A program made the translations under genes and the position numbers. Below the pieces are notes generated by a model. That model saw only the letters and a list, made by a program, of their open reading frames with translations. It was not told the origin of the DNA and ran no database searches. DNA of 64,000 bases. Source: Terriglobia bacterium. GTDB taxonomy: Bacteria; Acidobacteriota; Terriglobia; 20CM-2-55-15. Below, piece after piece: positions 30,558 through 39,561 of the stretch; the stretch's first letter is position 1, and each line of letters starts with the position of its first letter. The stretch covers positions 288,001-352,000 of the forward strand of contig CAXWPJ010000010.1 in NCBI GenBank assembly GCA_963664115.2, read 5' to 3'.

Positions 30558-32281
30558 TGTTGCAATCGGTCTCCCAACACATCCCGAACGCGCTCTTCAA
30601 TCTTTAAGTGGCTCCGCAACTTCAAGAGTCCATCAGTGAGTTCACGCAGTTCGGCGAGCGAAACCGAACGAATGAAGTTCTTGATACGTCGATATGCTCC
30701 CATATTCACTGATAGAGCCGTAAACCCCATCCCGAGTAAAACCGCCGCCGGAAGAGGATCGGCTGCGATTTCCCCACACACCACGATAGGCTTTCCGGTG
30801 GGAGCAACCAGATCGTGCACTTGCTTCAACTGTCTCAGAACGGCGGGATGGAAAGGATTGTACAGTTCCAGACTCGACTGATCCATACGGTCAATCGCGA
30901 GTTGGTACTGAATCAGGTCGTTCGTTCCCAGACAAAAGAAATCCACTTCCGAAGCCATCAGATCACAGGTTTGTGCCGCCGCGGGAGTCTCAACCATCAC
31001 CCCGACGGGCACGGTTTCATCAAAGTCGATTCCCTTCTGAGTCAGTCTCCGACGGACGTCGGCGATGATGTGATTGGCTTCGGAAAGCTCGTCCAGAGTT
31101 GAAACAAACGGCAGGACGATCCGCGCGTGCCCATTCGGAGAGGAGCGGTAGATGGCTCGAAGCTGCCTACGGAACAGGGATCTGTTCTCCAGCAGGAACC
31201 GCAACCCCCGGGCACGGGACGCTGTAGAGGTGCCGTCCAGGCCCTCCCGCATACCCACATCGATCACCCGAATGTTGATGGGAAGGGTGCTTGCCTCCGA
31301 CAACACATAGGAGTAATCCTCGACCAACTTGTCTTCGGTGAGAGGAGTGCCCTCCCGGAAGAAGTCAAACTCAGTGCGATACAGACCAATGGCCTCACAT
31401 TCGTTGGCCACCACGGACTTCACATCGTCTTTGAAGTTGATGTTAGCGCCCAGCAGGATGGAAATTCTGTCCGTCGTCACACATGGCGCGTTGCTCACCC
31501 GGGCCAAGCTCTGCCGGGATTTTTCCTCCTGCTTGGCGCGTTCCCGATAGTCCTCCAGTGTTTCCTCTGACGGCGCACGTATCACCATGCCCTCGTCGCC
31601 GTCCACAATGATCAATTCTCCAGATATCAGACCCAGGAGCACATCAGCGACGCCGGTCACCGCAGGCACGTCCATCGATCGCGCCATGATCGCGGTATGG
31701 GACAGGGGACCGCCGATTTCGGAGACAAGCCCCACCAAGCGGGGCGATTTCAACTCGAGCAACGTTGACGGCGGTATGGCCCGCCCTACCAGGATGGTGT
31801 TATAGCGAAGCGACCGAAATGTCGGTGGCTGATACGAACGCAGGTTGAACATTAGACGACGGACAACATCCTCGAGGTCGCCACGTCGATCGCGAAGATA
31901 GTCGTCACGAACGCGGTCATAGGCTTCCAGAATCGTCCTGCTGACCGATTGAATCGCCCACTCCGCATTGATTTGATCGCTCTTGATCTTGTCGACTATT
32001 CGATTCACGAACATCCTGTCTTCAAGAATGAGCAGATGGGCATCGATCAGAGTTGTCGAGTCGCCACCGTGGGACTGCTCCAACTTAAGCTGCATCTTTC
32101 CCAACTGCGAGCGGGATTTCTCTATCGAACGCCGGAAATTCTCTACATGGGAGTCGACCTCCTCAGCTTCCAAAGAGTAATTGAGCGTAACCAACTCCGG
32201 GTCCCACGCCGTTACCGCGTGGCCGAACGCGATCCCCGGGGACGCTGCAATACCTTCCAGTTTCCGTTCCACACCGGTCAT
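30554..32281 (-). CDS. ptsI: PEP-protein phosphotransferase (Enzyme I)
   Basis: GIAASPG, GGPLSHTAIMAR, GLYRTEF, GTNDLIQY, CGE. Confidence 0.9.
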   Translation of the reverse strand: MTGVERKLEGIAASPGIAFGHAVTAWDPELVTLNYSLEAEEVDSHVENFRRSIEKSRSQLGKMQLKLEQSHGGDSTTLIDAHLLILEDRMFVNRIVDKIKSDQINAEWAIQSVSRTILEAYDRVRDDYLRDRRGDLEDVVRRLMFNLRSYQPPTFRSLRYNTILVGRAIPPSTLLELKSPRLVGLVSEIGGPLSHTAIMARSMDVPAVTGVADVLLGLISGELIIVDGDEGMVIRAPSEETLEDYRERAKQEEKSRQSLARVSNAPCVTTDRISILLGANINFKDDVKSVVANECEAIGLYRTEFDFFREGTPLTEDKLVEDYSYVLSEASTLPINIRVIDVGMREGLDGTSTASRARGLRFLLENRSLFRRQLRAIYRSSPNGHARIVLPFVSTLDELSEANHIIADVRRRLTQKGIDFDETVPVGVMVETPAAAQTCDLMASEVDFFCLGTNDLIQYQLAIDRMDQSSLELYNPFHPAVLRQLKQVHDLVAPTGKPIVVCGEIAADPLPAAVLLGMGFTALSVNMGAYRRIKNFIRSVSLAELRELTDGLLKLRSHLKIEERVRDVLGDRLQQ

Positions 32282-32305
32282 AGTTGAGCCTGTCCGATTT
32301 AACGC

Positions 32306-32569
32306 TTACCCTTTCAGGTAGTCGCAAATGGCATCCATTGCCAATTCCTCGTCTTCGCCCTCGGTCTGAACCCTGACCCGGGTTCCCTGGCTCGCCGCCA
32401 GGAGTAATATCGCCAGGATGCTCCTGGCGTCCGCGGGCTCACTTCGATTTTTATCGGCCCGGGAAATGCTGATTTCTGAGTGGAACTGTCCTGAAAGTCG
32501 CACCAGCTTGGCTGAAGCGCGCGCGTGCAAGCCCAACCTATGGCCAATGACAACTTCGCGTGTTGTCAT
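32306..32569 (-). CDS. ptsH: HPr phosphocarrier
   Basis: GLHARAS (His15) and DARSIL (Ser46). Confidence 0.9.
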   Translation of the reverse strand: MTTREVVIGHRLGLHARASAKLVRLSGQFHSEISISRADKNRSEPADARSILAILLLAASQGTRVRVQTEGEDEELAMDAICDYLKG

Positions 32570-32976
32570 GATTCGGATCGGGGAGAGAGCAGCTTGCTGG
32601 CGATGTAAATGTTGTTCTGCCCGTTCTCGCCCACCAACTTTGCCGCCTCAGCCAGATCGACCTCAGCTCCAATCTGAATGAGCTTAATGAGCATTGGCAG
32701 GTTGACCCCCGTAACGACTTCGATCACACCCTCGTCCAGAAAAGTCGATGCGATATTGGTAGGCGTGCCGCCAAACATGTCGGTCAGTACCAACACACCG
32801 GACCCGGTATCCACACGCCGGATAGCCTTTTCCACCATGGACGATGCCATGGCTACGTCGTCGTGCCAACCGATCGACACTGCGGCAACGTTTTGAATAT
32901 CGCCAACGATCGCTTCAGCCGCATTCAGCAGCTCGATCGCGAGCCTGCCATGAGTCACGATAAGGCCGCCAATCAT
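32566..32976 (-). CDS. PTS mannose/fructose-type IIA protein
   Basis: IVTHG, TDMFGGTPTN, GVNLPML. Confidence 0.92.
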   Translation of the reverse strand: MIGGLIVTHGRLAIELLNAAEAIVGDIQNVAAVSIGWHDDVAMASSMVEKAIRRVDTGSGVLVLTDMFGGTPTNIASTFLDEGVIEVVTGVNLPMLIKLIQIGAEVDLAEAAKLVGENGQNNIYIASKLLSPRSES

Positions 32977-33036
32977 GGCTCGATTCTAACACTTATTGCC
33001 ACCGCACTAGCCCAACGCAAGGCTGACTGCAACGGT

Positions 33037-33137
33037 GATCTTTCAACACAAAGACACGAAGTTCACGAAGTTTTTGTCTTCATACCTAATAACCTTCGCG
33101 AACTTTCGTTAACCTTCGTTCTCTTCATGTAGAGATC
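33037..33137. repeat. Family B element copy B2
   Basis: TTTCAACACAAAGACACGAAGTTCACGAAG ... repeated CTTCG units; GATCT/AGATC flanks. Confidence 0.65.
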
Positions 33138-33138
33138 T

Positions 33139-33999
33139 TTATTTTTCGATGTCGCGATGGATTATTTTCAGGCGGCGTTTGGGGTCGGCCAGCGACGCAG
33201 CTTCATTGACGATCATCACAGAGCGGTGGCGGCCACCGGTACAGCCGATCGCGATAGTCAGGTAGGATTTGCCTTCCTTCTCAAACTGGGGCAGGAGGAA
33301 GTTCATCATCGATTCCAGGTGCTCAAGAAAATCTCGTGTGGTCTCATGGCCCTTCATGAATTCGACCACCGGCTGGTCGGAACCCGTCATAGTCTTCAAA
33401 TCGGGAACGAAGTAAGGGTTGGGAAGGAACCGGACATCAAAGACCATATCGGCATCGATTGGAATCCCGTACTTATACCCGAAGCTGACCAAGGTAATGA
33501 GGAGAGGCACTGGGCCCTGCTCCGCAAACAACCGGTCCGCATGAGTCCGGAGTTCGTGAATAGAAAAGTGGGAAGTATCGACAACATGGTCGGCCATCGC
33601 CCGGATTGGAGCGAGTTGCTCCCGCTCCAGAGGAATTGCTTCCCGAACCGGGCGCGTCGAATCGTATGGGTGGGGCCGGCGGGTTTCGCTGTATCGGCGC
33701 ACCAATGCATCATCGGAAGCATCCAGAAAGTACAGCGACACGGCGAGGCCCGGAGTCGCTTTCAGGTGTTGATAAACATCGGGAAACGTGGCCAGGACCT
33801 CGCCTTCACGCACATCGACAACGAGCGCGCCACGCGGCACCTCTTCGTCTGATTTGAGAAGCAGTTCAGAAAATTTCGTCAGAAGTCCGACCGGCAGGTT
33901 GTCGACACAGAAATAGCCACGGTCTTCAAGGGCTCTCAGCAGAGTTCCCTTTCCGGCGCCGCTCGGCCCGGTGATGATGACGAGAGATGAGCCCTGCAT
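33139..33999 (-). CDS. rapZ: RNase adapter / P-loop protein RapZ
   Basis: GPSGAGK, VDNLP, ETRRPHP, FDVRFLPNP, GCTGGRHRS. Confidence 0.95.
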   Translation of the reverse strand: MQGSSLVIITGPSGAGKGTLLRALEDRGYFCVDNLPVGLLTKFSELLLKSDEEVPRGALVVDVREGEVLATFPDVYQHLKATPGLAVSLYFLDASDDALVRRYSETRRPHPYDSTRPVREAIPLEREQLAPIRAMADHVVDTSHFSIHELRTHADRLFAEQGPVPLLITLVSFGYKYGIPIDADMVFDVRFLPNPYFVPDLKTMTGSDQPVVEFMKGHETTRDFLEHLESMMNFLLPQFEKEGKSYLTIAIGCTGGRHRSVMIVNEAASLADPKRRLKIIHRDIEK

Positions 34000-34104
34000 G
34001 TACGCAGATTAAATGACACGGATTCCACGATTTGTCACGGATTTCTCGAATCCTGGCCGTGGAATCTGAGGTGATTCGCCTAGCCCGCCGAACGATAGCC
34101 GCAG

Positions 34105-34322
34105 CTATTGATCCGGATCAATCCAGCCGAAGTTGCCGTCTTCTAGACCTACAAAGCGACGTTCAACCTGTCGGATTTGGAATTGCGGAACAAAAAGAAG
34201 CCCTTGTCCGATGCGGAATGTTCCGTAGCCGCATCATCAATCTCGAGTGGTTTAATTTCCGACTGGTCGGTTCGGTTGATTTCGGGAAAGCGCCTTACGA
34301 CTTCCGTGTCGACCTCCCCCAC
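34105..34322 (-). pseudogene. Relic C-terminal domain of long HPF
   Basis: After the hpf TAG the frame reads ..IKPLEIDDAA..GFFLFRNSKSDRLNVA, then after a 1-nt frameshift VGLEDGNFGWIDPDQ*. Confidence 0.75.
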
Positions 34323-34649
34323 CTACTCTGCATCAATTACGCGGGGATTCGCAGCAGTCCTGCGTTGCTTAAGGTACTTTGATTTAGACTTCTGCACCTG
34401 CTTCTCGAGTTTGTCCAGCACCGAGGCGATGGAGGTGTACAACTCACTGGTAGTGTCCGTGCAATTGTGAAAATCGTCGCGCGTCTTCAGATTCACTTCG
34501 GCGATGTACCTCTGATTGTTCTCGGAGGTCAGAATGAAATGGACATCTATTATGTCGGGCAGCGACCGCATCCGTTCCAGTCTATCCAACGCAAACTTTC
34601 GAATGGGTTCAGTAACTTCAACATGCCGTCCAGTAAACTCCACATTCAC
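34323..34649 (-). CDS. hpf: Ribosome hibernation promoting factor (N-terminal domain only)
   Basis: MNVEFTGRHVEVT, LYTSIASVLDKLEKQ; follows rpoN. Confidence 0.88.
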   Translation of the reverse strand: MNVEFTGRHVEVTEPIRKFALDRLERMRSLPDIIDVHFILTSENNQRYIAEVNLKTRDDFHNCTDTTSELYTSIASVLDKLEKQVQKSKSKYLKQRRTAANPRVIDAE

Positions 34650-34666
34650 AGAATTCTCTCCAGTTC

Positions 34667-36196
34667 TCAGATTCTCAATCTTCGTTGGTGGGTGCTGGGA
34701 ATCTTCAGATCTTCCCGGTACTTGGTGACGCTGCGGCGCGTAACCGAGATACCATCTTCCTGCAACAAAGCCGCAAGTTTCTCATCCGTGAGTGGTTTGT
34801 GGGCATCCTCACTCTCGACCAATCGCTTGACCTTCAATTTGACCAAGGTGAGGGATGTGTCCCGTCCGTTGGTGCCTTTGACAGCTTCAGAGAAAAAGAA
34901 TCGCAGCTCGCACACTCCCTGGGGTGTGTACGCAAACTTATTGGCGACAGCCCGGCTCACCGTCGACGGATGCACCCCCACTTCTTCAGCAACATCTTTG
35001 ATCATCATCGGTTGCAACGCATCGATTCCGTGATCCAGGAAATCATGCTGGTGTTTAACGATGGCCTCGCACACCTTGACGATGATGTTCTTCCGCTGTT
35101 CGATGTTCTTCAAAAGCTGGACCGCTGACTTGAACCGGTCTTTCACATAGTTACGAACTTCCTTATTGACCTCCGCTCCCTTCTGGAGCATTTTCCGATA
35201 CGTCTGGTTGAGTCGAAGTTGCGGAACTTCGTCCTCGTTAGCGACGACGGTATATTCGTTCCCTACTTTCACCAGATACACGTCCGGTTCAATATGCCGG
35301 GCGTCGGGCTTATTGTATTTCTGGCCAGGGCGTGGATCGAGGGTCTGGATGAGTTCCAGTGCAGCCAGAACCTCCGGCATCGGCCGGCCCAGCGCCTTGG
35401 CGATTTCTTTGTATTGATGGTTCTGAAGTTTCCGCAGATGATCGGTAACGATCCCCATAGCGGTCGAGTTGTCTTCAGCGAGAAGAGCAAGCTGGATGAG
35501 CAAACACTCCCGCAAATCCCGAGAACCGACACCAGGGGGATCGAAGCTCTGAACCCTCAGCAGCGCCTTTTCGACCGCTCCGATTGTGTGAGGACCCGAG
35601 ATCGCAATTTCCTTGAGAGAAATAGGAACTTCAACGCCCTTCTCGTTAACCCCGGCAAGATATCCGTCCTCATTGAGATTACCGATAATCGAGGCACAGG
35701 CCTCCCGCACATCCGTATCGATGACCACGAGACCCAACTGCCATTCCAGGTGATCGTTCAACGTGGACGGACGTGCCAGAAAGTTTTCGAAGGAAGGCCT
35801 TTCAAATACCTCTGTTTCCCGCGGTCGGGAAGCCCCGTCGCTGAGGTATTTCTCGAATTCCTGAAGATCGAAATCACGGAACTCGTCTTCCTCAGGGGCC
35901 TCGGGCTCGGGTTTTTCGACGGTCGGCTCCGCATTTTCCTCGCGTTGTTTCAGCAGTTCGTACTGCGCGTCGGCCCCATCCCCCGGCTCGGGATTTTCTT
36001 CGAGAGATTCAACTTCCTGCTCTTCGACAATTTCGGTAGCTTCCTCCAACACGGGGTTTTCCACAAGCTCTTCAGAAATCATGTCCACCAGTTCCAGCTT
36101 ATTAAGAGCAAGGAGGCTCACCATCTGGACCAGGCCCGGAGTGAGGACCTGTCTCTGGGTCGTTTTGAGGGCCAGCCTGTGTTCGAGATATGCCAT
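34667..36196 (-). CDS. rpoN: RNA polymerase sigma-54
   Basis: ENPVLE, DLRECLLIQL, HPSTVSRA, RpoN box variant TRRSVTKYRE. Confidence 0.96.
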   Translation of the reverse strand: MAYLEHRLALKTTQRQVLTPGLVQMVSLLALNKLELVDMISEELVENPVLEEATEIVEEQEVESLEENPEPGDGADAQYELLKQREENAEPTVEKPEPEAPEEDEFRDFDLQEFEKYLSDGASRPRETEVFERPSFENFLARPSTLNDHLEWQLGLVVIDTDVREACASIIGNLNEDGYLAGVNEKGVEVPISLKEIAISGPHTIGAVEKALLRVQSFDPPGVGSRDLRECLLIQLALLAEDNSTAMGIVTDHLRKLQNHQYKEIAKALGRPMPEVLAALELIQTLDPRPGQKYNKPDARHIEPDVYLVKVGNEYTVVANEDEVPQLRLNQTYRKMLQKGAEVNKEVRNYVKDRFKSAVQLLKNIEQRKNIIVKVCEAIVKHQHDFLDHGIDALQPMMIKDVAEEVGVHPSTVSRAVANKFAYTPQGVCELRFFFSEAVKGTNGRDTSLTLVKLKVKRLVESEDAHKPLTDEKLAALLQEDGISVTRRSVTKYREDLKIPSTHQRRLRI

Positions 36197-36317
36197 AACT
36201 ATTTCAGACGGGACATAACTTCGGTCTTCCGGGGATGTTACGGGATGGACACGGTACTCCGCAAATCAGAAATCGCCACGTATCAGGAAAACTTACGGCG
36301 TCTCCACTCCCCGCAAC

Positions 36318-37043
36318 TCAATTCAAACTGAAATGCTCGCCCAAATAGACCCTCTTAACCTCTTCGTCGCTGCCCAGTTCGGCCGGAGTTCCGGAACGGA
36401 AGATTTTGCCGTCGTTAATGATATAAGCACGGTCGGTTACCTGCAAAGTCTCCCGGACATTGTGGTCCGTAATGAGGATACCGATCTGCTTGTTCTTGAG
36501 GTGCTGAATGATCTTCTGGATCTCAAGAACAGTGATTGGGTCGATTCCTGAGAAGGGTTCGTCCAACAGGATAAACTTCGGAGAAATCACGAGGGAACGG
36601 GCGATTTCGACCCTGCGGCGCTCGCCACCGGAGAGAGTGTCGGCCAGGTTCTTGCGAACATGCGTGATGCCGAACTCCTCAAGCAGTTCCTCCAAACGAT
36701 GACGCCGTTCCTGTCCTGACAGCGGGAGAGTCTCCAGAATCGCCATGAGGTTCGCCTCGACAGTCAGCTTACGGAACACCGAAGCTTCTTGTGGAAGATA
36801 GCTGATGCCGTTGCGCGCCCGGAGATACATCGGCAGCTCTGTGATGTCGTTTTCGGCCAAACGGACAGCTCCGGAATCGGGCTGGGTCAATCCAACGATA
36901 ATGTAGAAAGTCGTCGTCTTTCCGGCACCGTTCGGCCCAAGAAGACCGACCACCTCTCCCTGTGACACGCTGACATTCACATCGGACACGACAGTACGAT
37001 TCTTATAAGATTTTCGTATATTGACAGTTTCTAAAGCGGCCAT
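36318..37043 (-). CDS. lptB: LPS export ABC ATPase
   Basis: [38 protein letters not shown]. Confidence 0.95.
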   Translation of the reverse strand: MAALETVNIRKSYKNRTVVSDVNVSVSQGEVVGLLGPNGAGKTTTFYIIVGLTQPDSGAVRLAENDITELPMYLRARNGISYLPQEASVFRKLTVEANLMAILETLPLSGQERRHRLEELLEEFGITHVRKNLADTLSGGERRRVEIARSLVISPKFILLDEPFSGIDPITVLEIQKIIQHLKNKQIGILITDHNVRETLQVTDRAYIINDGKIFRSGTPAELGSDEEVKRVYLGEHFSLN

Positions 37044-37048
37044 TGCCT

Positions 37049-39064
37049 TTAGTTGTTTACTACGCGCCGACTGACAACGCGGCAATCATCATCACTCTCC
37101 ACTGTGGCGTCTCTGGTTTCAACGTCGAGCACCAAACGGCATCCGCTGACGGCGCCATTGACAGAGTCTGAAACTTCCGCATCCTGCCCTGTCAGCGTAA
37201 TCGTCGCGCTCGAACGGACATAGATAGCGGCGTCGCCCCGGCCGTCAAATTCTGGCCCCTGAATACTCACATTTCCGGTCGCGACGACTTCGTCGGGTTC
37301 CCCGTCAATCAATCGTACTTGCAGGTCCGCGGCATGCAGTTCAACTTCGTCGAACACGGCGCGGACACCCCCAGAGTGATACAGAGTCCCGCCTTGTTCG
37401 TCGAATTCCATCCGGCCCGACCAGAAACGAAGATCATCGATCATCGAGACGACTTCGTCTGTCGCCACAAAACTGCGCCGCGTTGGATCGACATCGATCG
37501 TAGACGCGCTGACATGGGTATTGCCACTCCACAATTCTGCTGTTTCAGTAAAGGTGATCCGCGTTTCATTTCCTTCGGCCTGACCACTGAGGACCAAAAC
37601 GGGTTCTTCGCTATCGGTCCACAACGTTCGCACCGTTCCCACGGCTCGAAACGATCCATTCTCCTGATTGAGAAGGATCTCGGCGGCATTTACTTGAAAC
37701 GCAGCATCCTCTATTCTGGAATCACCTGCCATAAGAACCCGGCTCCCGCCTTCTTGAATTTCAATGCGTTGGGCAGATCCCGTCCTGCCGTCCTGTACAA
37801 ATTGAACATCGCCATTCTGAACGAGGCTGATCAACGTGCCTGTGTCCGGATCAAACTGAGCCTCGGTCCGGCCCCCTCGCAATAATCCGGCAGGCATCGC
37901 TATCGAGGCTGGTCGATCGGTCCGGAAAGTTATAACGTCCCCCTGTTGAACGACGAAATAGCTTCCGTCCAAACGGTATTCACCCAACTGCAATACGGAG
38001 TCTTCCGAGGTCGAGATCGCGCCCGAAAATTCGTTCCGAATCGACTGAGACTCAAGACGTTCTCCACCCTCGAGCCGCATCTGTCCGTTTCCCCGAGCCT
38101 CAACCGACTGAATGCGGCCCGACTCGTCAAAGGCCGCGTCAAGCGTGTCCCCAGTTAGCAGTCGAGCCGTTTCTCCCTCCAGAGATTCCAGAACCGCATG
38201 GCCATCGGCCCGGGCTCCGATCACTCGGCGCTGGGACATTCGGACGGCCAACTCGTTCGCCGTCAGCGTCAACAGGCTCGAAGGAACGGACAGTTGGGCC
38301 CGAACATCGCCTGAAATCCTTATCAGCCGCGGCTCCAGTGTCTGCGGATTCAATTCAATTTCCGCCTGGGAACCCGTAACTGTCCCCTGGGTGTTCGTCA
38401 TTCGCAATCCATCCGCCACCCGGATCAGGTTTGCATTCTGGTCATAACGAGCGGTTTCAGTTTCCAGAACAGCACCGTCAGCCATAACGATGCGGACGCT
38501 GCCGCTGACCTCAAGGACATTGTCTTCAATGTGGAGACTCATGCGATCTGCGCGGCCCTGGAATGCTCCTGGCCGCGCGATTTCGGTAGCGGACAAAGCC
38601 GTGATCGTCCGACTCTCGTGGCTGTAGGTCATGGCAGCAGTTCGGCCAGACGTGAGCCCATCCAACTGCATTTCCACGTTCCCGTCACACTGAATATTGT
38701 TGGTTCCCTCATCGTATCCACACCGGTCTCCGTGTATCCGGCGTTCGGGAATGAAATCGTCATCGCCATAGAGAACCACCGTCACATCTTCGAGCAGGTT
38801 CCGCCCGTCGGTAAATCCAAGGTTCGTGCGGGCCTCCACCGTAAAAGCCGTTCGTCCACCTTCGGTCTGCGAGAACTTGATCTCCTCGGCCAATTCCGAA
38901 ACGTTTTCAACCAACTTTGGCGGGGGTGGCAGGCGGGCAGGATCGTCGCTCGAACGGTCTAGATAGTTCCAGATGGTGACGCTCATCAAGGCGAGGAGGA
39001 CAACCGGAATCGTGACCCTCAACACACGCACCACGTGGTACGCGTGAATCCTCTCCAAACGCAT
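37049..39064 (-). CDS. Long LptC/LptA-like multi-jellyroll protein
   Basis: Single N-terminal TM then repeated beta-strand units (..A.G.V..); directly upstream of lptB. Confidence 0.75.
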   Translation of the reverse strand: MRLERIHAYHVVRVLRVTIPVVLLALMSVTIWNYLDRSSDDPARLPPPPKLVENVSELAEEIKFSQTEGGRTAFTVEARTNLGFTDGRNLLEDVTVVLYGDDDFIPERRIHGDRCGYDEGTNNIQCDGNVEMQLDGLTSGRTAAMTYSHESRTITALSATEIARPGAFQGRADRMSLHIEDNVLEVSGSVRIVMADGAVLETETARYDQNANLIRVADGLRMTNTQGTVTGSQAEIELNPQTLEPRLIRISGDVRAQLSVPSSLLTLTANELAVRMSQRRVIGARADGHAVLESLEGETARLLTGDTLDAAFDESGRIQSVEARGNGQMRLEGGERLESQSIRNEFSGAISTSEDSVLQLGEYRLDGSYFVVQQGDVITFRTDRPASIAMPAGLLRGGRTEAQFDPDTGTLISLVQNGDVQFVQDGRTGSAQRIEIQEGGSRVLMAGDSRIEDAAFQVNAAEILLNQENGSFRAVGTVRTLWTDSEEPVLVLSGQAEGNETRITFTETAELWSGNTHVSASTIDVDPTRRSFVATDEVVSMIDDLRFWSGRMEFDEQGGTLYHSGGVRAVFDEVELHAADLQVRLIDGEPDEVVATGNVSIQGPEFDGRGDAAIYVRSSATITLTGQDAEVSDSVNGAVSGCRLVLDVETRDATVESDDDCRVVSRRVVNN

Positions 39065-39101
39065 GTTCAGATCGTATCATGTAAGGAAGGAAGAGGGATT
39101 C

Positions 39102-39549
39102 ACCGCAAAGACGCAAAGGGTAGGAAGGAATAGCTTGTCTGAGATTCGGCGGGATGAACTCTGCTGGATTCGCAATCACAGTGTCGCTAAGCCATCTATT
39201 TGTGATTGAAAGAGGCACCGGCAAGGCAATCTGCCAGATTGCAAGTTCGTGAGATCGGATTTCGCTCGGTCGTTCAATCGGCTGACCATCTCTGTCGCGT
39301 TCCACGCGTGGGCCGAACGACCGTCGACCCTCTCCATCATCCTGATGGAGAGGCTTATTGGGAATTACGGGATGTCGTAGAAACTGGTCCCAGACAAAAC
39401 CCGCAGCGATCCTCGCTGCGGGTGAACAACGAGGCGGAAGCCGAGGCGTTTAGGGTAATAAGATAATTGGATCAATCAAGCGACATCGCTCGGGCGACAT
39501 TGACGACGGACACAAGTCTATCTCTTCTTGACCTTTGCGCCTTTGCGGT
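39102..39549 (+). mobile_element. Family A copy A3 containing a nested family F element
   Basis: A-type ends 448 bp apart rather than about 175; A core broken after GCTAAGCCATCT. Confidence 0.75.
39244..39475 (+). mobile_element. Family F hairpin element copy F2
   Basis: GATTTCGCTCGGTCGTTC..GAACGACCG, CCTCTCCATCATCCTGATGGAGAGG, CCCGCAGCGATCCTCGCTGCGGG, AACGAGGCGGAAGCCGAGGCGT. Confidence 0.75.
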
Positions 39550-39561
39550 AAAAATCCCGAT

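Noticed and set aside
34323-34325. Amber readthrough or pyrrolysine in hpf
   Set aside because: A second lesion (frameshift) downstream argues for decay, and no pyl genes are seen
39206-39466. Small ORFs sharing GRTT.DP.HHPDGEAY (also 45710-45916)
   Set aside because: The similarity is just the family F DNA; starts and stops differ, and conservation follows base pairing rather than codons
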